From an uncultured delta proteobacterium (lineage in GTDB: Bacteria; Myxococcota_A; Polyangia; Polyangiales; B10-G4): a DNA stretch of 64,000 bases. The position numbers and the translations under genes were made by a program. Below are positions 58,030 through 64,000 of the stretch, one piece after another. How positions within the stretch are numbered: the stretch's first letter is position 1; each line of letters starts with the position of its first letter. The stretch is from the NCBI GenBank assembly GCA_963727445.1, contig CAVSGI010000027.1, positions 1 to 64,000 on the forward strand, written 5' to 3'. Below the pieces are notes generated by a model. That model had not been told where the DNA came from and made no database searches. It saw only the letters and a program-made list of their open reading frames with translations.

Positions 58030-58324
58030 CGCATGCCTCTGTTCGCCGTCGGGCGTCCGCCGCGACGTCGGGGAGCTGGGGACCATCTCGCTTGCGCCCC
58101 CCGACGCGAAGGTGGCGGGAATGTACGCTGAGTGCACAACGCCGGTCAACCCGACTGAACTCGCCGTCATCAGGCAGCTTTTGCGGCTACACACCAGGAA
58201 TCCGACCCCGCGAGAAACCCAACCCTTGGACCTTTCCCGTCATGGCCCTTTCACCTCGAATTTGCACGGAAGTCCAGCGGGAATCGAGGCCCCCATCTGA
58301 GGACTCCGCCTCTTGTGACGTCAC

Positions 58325-61084
58325 TCACGGCGTGCCCGCATCGTCGGCGAGGGAGTCGCGCAGGCCCTCGTTCTCGCGGCTGAACGTCGGATCGTGGTCG
58401 CGGAAGTAGCGCACCCGCGCGTCCTGCATGCGCCACCAACGGCTGTAGGGAAGCGGCTCGGTGTCGGGGAAGAGGACTTCGGTGCGCGGCGTGGAGATCG
58501 CGCGCAAGGCGATCGCGCTCGAGGTGTCGACCTCGCGCTCGTAGGAGTCGGGCGCGATGGTGACGCCCTCCACCACGAAGGCGAGGCGCACGCCCTCGGG
58601 CAGGGCGAGGGCCGCGCTGGCTCCGGCCTGGGTCATCCGATCGGCGAGCGAGCGTGGATCACCCGGCTGCCGCTCGGCATAGAGCAGGAACCCATCGCCA
58701 TCGACCCCGATCGCCGCGCCCGCGTCCGGGGTGGCGCTGAGCGGCGCGCCCGCCAGCACGACCTCCGCACCTTCGCCCGGCGCGCCCACGGCGAAACGTC
58801 CATCAGGGGTCGCGTAGAGACCGAAGCGCGCGTGCTCCGCTTCCATGTTGGCCCCACCCGCCAGGTACGCGAGCACCTCGCCGTCGCCCGCGCTCGAAAG
58901 CGGTGTCGCGCGGCTGGGGTCGACGCGCACGAGCCAGGTGCGCGCTCCCTCGTCGCCGCCGAGGCGAGCGCGCGCGAACGCGTGCGGCCAGCCGGCGTGC
59001 GGCAGACCGCTCGTCGAGAACTCGCCTGCATCTTCCGCATCGCCCTCGGCTGCCGCGATGGGCGGCCCCGGGAGCGTCGGGCGCAGCGTCAGATAGAAGA
59101 AGTCGCGTCCGTCGCGGCCCGAGTAGCGCGGGAAACGCATGGGGGTCATCGCGCGCACGCCCTTCCGCGCGCGGAGCAGGAACTCGTCGGTGAGGGGCAT
59201 CGGGCCCTCGAACTCGCTCTCCTCGTCGAGGGGCCGGTGGAGCTCTGCGAAGCCTTCGGTGATCCGAGCCACGTCGTAGAACTCGAAGCCGCGTGTGGCG
59301 GCTGTTCATGTCGAGGTGCATGCCCGCGAACGCAGCGGGTGCGCGAGCATCGCGTTGCCGAGCGCCACCGGGCCCCATCGACTTGCCCCAGAAGTAGGCC
59401 ATGAAGCCCTCTTCGGTCAGGCACAGGCCCGCTGCGATCGATGTAGGTCTGCTCGTCGGCGTTCGCGGGCGCGGCTCCCCACCACCAACGCCCCCAGGGG
59501 TTGTAGCTCGCCGTCCTCGACCACGCTGGTGAGGTTCTGGCGGAAGGCGACCATGTCCTCGGGGATCTGCTGGTCGCCCAGCCCTCCTCGTAGACGCGCA
59601 CGCCCGTCGGGCGGCGGCCGCCACGAGCCCATCGCCGACCCGTCCGTCGTCGTAGACGGCGACCGTCGCGGCCCACGGCTTCGGCGGCAGGTACACGCGC
59701 CCTTCGGCCATCATCCCGAACTCGCCGTGCAGCGCCTGGAAGCCGCCGTTGAACGCGCCGACCAGGAGACGCATGGTGTCCGCATCGCGCGGCGACCATG
59801 CCGCGCCCCGTCTCACCGGTCGCGCTCTCGGGCTCGCGCGTGCCGCTCACGATGTGGAGCTGGACCTGACGGGGATCCCAGAGCGTGACGTACACCCGCG
59901 TGTACGGCGCGGTCCGGATCGGCGCGAAGGAAGGTCTGATAGAACGCTGGCGGCGCATTCGGGTAGCTGTTGACGAAGGGATCGTCGACCACGGGATCCA
60001 CCGCCCTCCCCTTCGACGCGGCCACCGAGCGGACGGGTCGCGCGGAGCCGGCGGCCAGCCGAGCTCGGGATCGGTGACCGAGAGCTCGACGCGCCGCCGA
60101 CGCTCTTCATCGGTGAGCTCCGCGGTGCCGAGATCCTCGGCGGCCTCGGCCTCGGTGTCGGTGCCGACCATCGAGTAATAGGCGCGCTCCACCGCGTCCT
60201 TGACGCGCGAAGACCGTGTGCTCGAGCCACTCGATGGGCTCGGGCCCCACGAAGGAGAGGTTGCGCACCGTGTCGACGACCCAGGTGATGGTGCCGGGCA
60301 TGCCCTTGACCTGCGGCGTCACCTCGACCAGCGAGGCGCCGGAGGTGGGCTCGTCGGGCGACGCGGGATCGATGACGACCGCCTCGCCGTCGCCCAGGTC
60401 GACCGAGAACTGGTCGCCCTCCGTGGTGATGGCGACCGCGTCGACAGGTGTCGTCAGCCGATAGCGCACGCGGCCCACGCCGCCCCGCCGGCCGGTCTCC
60501 TGCACGTTGCTGATCGCGTTCTGCGCACGCGCGCGCAGGGGCCAGTCTTCCGTGAGCGCCTCCGGCTCACCGGACATGTCCAGGAGCGTCACAGCGTCGA
60601 CCTGGCCGCTCACCACCGAGGCGTAGAGCAGGCGCTCGCCCAGGGGCGTCAGCAATCCCTCGTCCGCGCTCGAGGTGCGCGTGAGGTTCGAGACCCAACG
60701 CACGTCGAGGAGGGAGGTCCCTCGCCCGGCGCGCGCCTCGGCGTAGTAGACGTCGTGGGGTTGTCCCTCGCCGGGACGCGCGCGGAAGAGCACCGGGCGC
60801 GTCGACAAGGCCGTGTCGTCGCCGAAGAACACCACCGACGCCTCGTCCACCACCAGGCCCTCGCCCGCGAGCGCGAGCGCCAGCGAGGCCTCGGGGGTCT
60901 CGCCGTCGCCGCCGCGCCCCGCGCGGGCGACGAGGATGGCCGCGAGGGCGAGGCCGAGCGCCACGAGCAGATAGCGCCGTCGTTCGACGAAGCGCTCGAG
61001 TTGCGCGCGCACCCCTGTGGGGGTTCTCACGACGGGCTGTTCGAAGGCATCCTTCACGGGAGATCGGCTGCGAATTCGTAGCAT
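58325..61084 (-). CDS. Large membrane-anchored protein with phosphodiester-glycosidase (NAGPA-like) motifs; frameshifts in ~59280-60200
   Basis: N-terminal TM. FNGGFQALHG.FGMM, FRQNL and HLDMN found across frames. Confidence 0.6.
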
Positions 61085-61406
61085 GTGACCCGTCCGGGCC
61101 GCAGGTTTTTGGCGCCCCCAGAAGACGCCACTCAGCGAGTACGTCCAGCCGCCGATCTGCCCCCCGCTCTCGAATTGGGGCTGAGCCGCTGCCTTCCCGC
61201 GTCCCGATCGGTGGTGGTGGGGCCTGAGCCGCCGCCTTCCCGCGTCCGGTCGCTGATGGCGGGGGCGGCGGCGTTGCGGGGAGGCGAAAAGCGGGCTAAT
61301 TGCACCGGCGTCGAGCGGCTTCGGGGGTGCCTCGAATCGTGCGCGACACCTTTTGTGCCGCTGGAACGTCCTTCGCTCCAGCAGCGTTTCGCCAAACGGT
61401 CGAGCC

Positions 61407-62281
61407 ATGTCCCGTGCACTGATCCTCCTGCTCCTCGCGAGCTTCGCCCTGCCCTCCTTCGCCGCCGCCCAGAACCGGCGCCGACGCGGCCGTCAAAGCG
61501 ACGGCGAAGAACAGGCGCCTCAGCCCACCCTCGCCGACCTGGACACCATCGTCCCGAAGCTCTCGAGCGACAACGCCGCAGAGGTGCGCGAGGCGATCGA
61601 TCTGCTGAGCGTCATCGACGACCCGAGGTCATCCCGCATCTGGCCACGCTCCTTCGCAGCGGGCAGCCCGATCCCGTCACGGATCGCGCGCTCGAGGCGC
61701 TGGGCGGCCTCGCGAATCCCGGCGCCATCGAGATCCTCTCGGCGTTCACCCACCACCGTCGCCCCGGCGCCAGGCGCCGCGCCTACCAGGGCCTCGCCGC
61801 GATTCACGACCGCCGCATCCCCGCGCTCCTCGAGCACGGGCTCAGCGACAGCGACCGCAACGTCCGCGCCACCAGCGCCCTCGCCCTCGGTGAGATCGGC
61901 GCGCGCGACTCCCTCGACATCCTCTTCCGCGCCTTCGAGCGCGGCGTGGTCGAAGCGGCGATCGCCATCGGCAAGCTCGGCAACCGCCGCTCGGTCGCGC
62001 GCTTCGACGAGCACCTGGGCGACCGCCCCCTCGCGATCATGCTCAGCGGCTATCACGAGTTCCTGCGCCGCAACGACATCCCGACCGAGGTGAAGACAGA
62101 CGTGGTCGCCCGCCTCGGCGAGGTCAGCGGCCCGATGGTGCGCCGCTTCCTGCAGGAGTACCTCGGCACCTTCCCGGAGCGCGGCCGCAACGCGCTGCGT
62201 GACCATGTCGAAGAGACTCTGCGGCGTATCCCCGAGGGGAACGTCGGCGTCACGCTCGGCACCGAAGGAGGTGAGGGATGA
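61407..62281 (+). CDS. Secreted HEAT-repeat protein; frameshift ~61625
   Basis: Signal MSRALILLLLASFALPSFAAA and HEAT units (LSDSDRNVRATSALALGEIG). Confidence 0.8.
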
Positions 62282-64000
62282 ACCGCGCGACACATCTCTT
62301 CGCCCTGGCCGCCGCGCTCGTCGCCAGCGCCTGCGGCGGCCCGCAGAACACGGACGCCTTCAGCTACCGCTTCGCCGACAACCTCGAAGAGCCGACCAAG
62401 GCGGTGGTCGCGCGGCTGCCGGCCCCGGCGTCGCCCGACACCGAGGAAAACCCCGCCGGCAAGCCCATCGTCGTCCTGTCGACCCACGGAGACGAACGCG
62501 CGGTCGCGGCCTACGACATCCAGAGCGGTGAGCAGCTCTGGTCGACGCGCCTCGACGCACTCGCCCGCCCCGAGGTGCTGGGCGACGTCGTCGTCCTCTC
62601 GGTGCGCTCGAACGAGGGCGCAGAGCAGGTGATCGCCCTCGACCTCGCGACGGGCCACGAGCTGTGGCGGGAGACGACCGAGCACATGGCCTTCGTGGGT
62701 GCGGACCGCGAGGGCGGCGTCCTGGTCTACGTCGTGAGCGTGGGCGCGGCCGGCGGCTCGCTCCGGCAGTCGCGCATCGTCGCCGTCGATCCGCGAAGCG
62801 GCGCCGAGCTCTGGGACCACGAGATCGAAGGTGTCCTCGGCGAGCCGGCGGTCGACGGCGGTATGGTGTTCGTGCCCTGGGAGCGCCAGAACATCGCCAT
62901 TCTCGACCTGTCCACCGGCGTCGAGGACGCACGTCTTCGCTCCACGGACGACGTCATCGCCTGGGTGACCAAGACCCCCGCTGGCGTCTTCTACGGCAAC
63001 CGCGCCTACTACCGCCTCACGGAGTCCAGCTACCACGGCAAGAAGACCGAGGCGACCTATCACGCCGCGCCGCTCGCCGAGGCGCCCCGCGAGCCGCTGG
63101 TGCACGAGGACGGCTTCCTGCCCAAGCCCGGCACCCGCTCGGCACGCGGACGCATCCGCATCTACTTCGAGCCCGGGCCGAGCACCACCGAGGGCGAGAT
63201 CCCGATCGTCGGCGGCACCTATTACTACGTCTACTACCGCTACGTGTTCGCCTTCGACGCCGAAGAGAACTTCAAGTGGGTGCGCATGGTGGACCAGACC
63301 ATCGCCAACGCCGAGGTCGGCCCCCGCGGTCTGCTCACCATCGGTGAGCAGGGCGCGCTGCACCTGATCTCCTCGGAGACCGGCAACGATCTCTGGACCG
63401 GAAACGTCGACGCCGAGATCGCGTCGGCGACCCTCGTCGCGCCTGGCTTCGACGCAGGCGGCGAAGGCAGCCCGGGGGAAGCGCGCGATCTGCGCGCGAG
63501 CCTCAACGAGGTCGCCCTCGACCCCGACAACCGCCTGGTACCCGCACGGGCCTTCGCCATCGATCTCCTGGCGCGGATGGAGGACCCCGAGATCACCCGC
63601 GACCTCCTCGACGTCTACGCGCAGCGCTCGACCCCCGCCGCGCTCCGCGAGGCCATCGGCGCGTCACTGCAGCAGCGGACGACCGGCTCCGAGTTCCTGG
63701 TGGCGGCGCTCGATCAGCACTACGACTACATCAACGACACCCAGGCGCCACCGCTCGGCCTGATCGTTCCTGCGCTCCTGCAGATGCACGAGACGAGCGC
63801 GGTTCCGGGCCTGATCCAGCAGATGATGGACCACGAGACGCCCCTCGAGGTGCTGCCCCTGGTGGTGCGCGGCGTCGTCGAGCTCGGCGACGAGTCGGTG
63901 GTGCCACCGCTGCGTGAGTTCCTCCGGCTCTACCACTCGGACTCGACCTTCGAAGGCGACAACTTCGAGACCCTCGCGGTCGCCGCCGAGGGCGTGTTCC
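62278..64000 (+). CDS. Lipoprotein with PQQ/BamB-like beta-propeller followed by HEAT-like repeats; runs off the right edge
   Basis: Translated by hand: MNRATHLFALAAALVASAC, AYDIQSGEQLWS, ALDLATGHELWR and AVDPRSGAELWD. GGAGG RBS and ATGA overlap. Confidence 0.85.
   Translation, partial: MNRATHLFALAAALVASACGGPQNTDAFSYRFADNLEEPTKAVVARLPAPASPDTEENPAGKPIVVLSTHGDERAVAAYDIQSGEQLWSTRLDALARPEVLGDVVVLSVRSNEGAEQVIALDLATGHELWRETTEHMAFVGADREGGVLVYVVSVGAAGGSLRQSRIVAVDPRSGAELWDHEIEGVLGEPAVDGGMVFVPWERQNIAILDLSTGVEDARLRSTDDVIAWVTKTPAGVFYGNRAYYRLTESSYHGKKTEATYHAAPLAEAPREPLVHEDGFLPKPGTRSARGRIRIYFEPGPSTTEGEIPIVGGTYYYVYYRYVFAFDAEENFKWVRMVDQTIANAEVGPRGLLTIGEQGALHLISSETGNDLWTGNVDAEIASATLVAPGFDAGGEGSPGEARDLRASLNEVALDPDNRLVPARAFAIDLLARMEDPEITRDLLDVYAQRSTPAALREAIGASLQQRTTGSEFLVAALDQHYDYINDTQAPPLGLIVPALLQMHETSAVPGLIQQMMDHETPLEVLPLVVRGVVELGDESVVPPLREFLRLYHSDSTFEGDNFETLAVAAEGVF

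Noticed and set aside
58315..58324. GTGACGTCAC palindrome near a gene end
   Set aside because: It is short, occurs once, and lacks the N5 spacing of the pilA enhancer motif; chance is sufficient.

Overview
This GC-rich window (about 70% by eye) reads like a myxobacterial chromosome (Polyangiales/Sandaracinus-like), inferred from PEGA-domain Ser/Thr kinases, Cys-rich lipoproteins and a PilR/pilA locus. Housekeeping genes are scpA-scpB-glyQ-ROK kinase-glyS-ppdK, bcp, map, a MATE pump, parA-parB, folD, a type-2 ileS, lspA-lgt, mscS and acyl-CoA enzymes. Accessory-looking features are: (i) a type IV pilin array with four pilins, a sigma-54 promoter with two matching enhancer palindromes, a second pilA copy whose only in-frame start lies upstream of a strong terminator, and an SdpA/SdpB(HTTM)-like gene pair in the middle; (ii) a lone microcompartment BMC-T shell gene between a tocopherol-cyclase-like gene and an SDR; (iii) a 60-aa acidic ORF followed by a multi-hairpin RNA, divergent from parAB; (iv) a nucleotide-transporter-like/HEAT fusion coupled to a double cNMP-binding protein; (v) two non-coding palindromic elements. 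Patchy indels break several conserved genes (ileS, glyQ, both kinases, mscS) and are most likely assembly errors. I recognised no rRNA, tRNA, transposase, integrase, CRISPR array or cas gene. All family calls come from motif recognition by eye; no database search was run.
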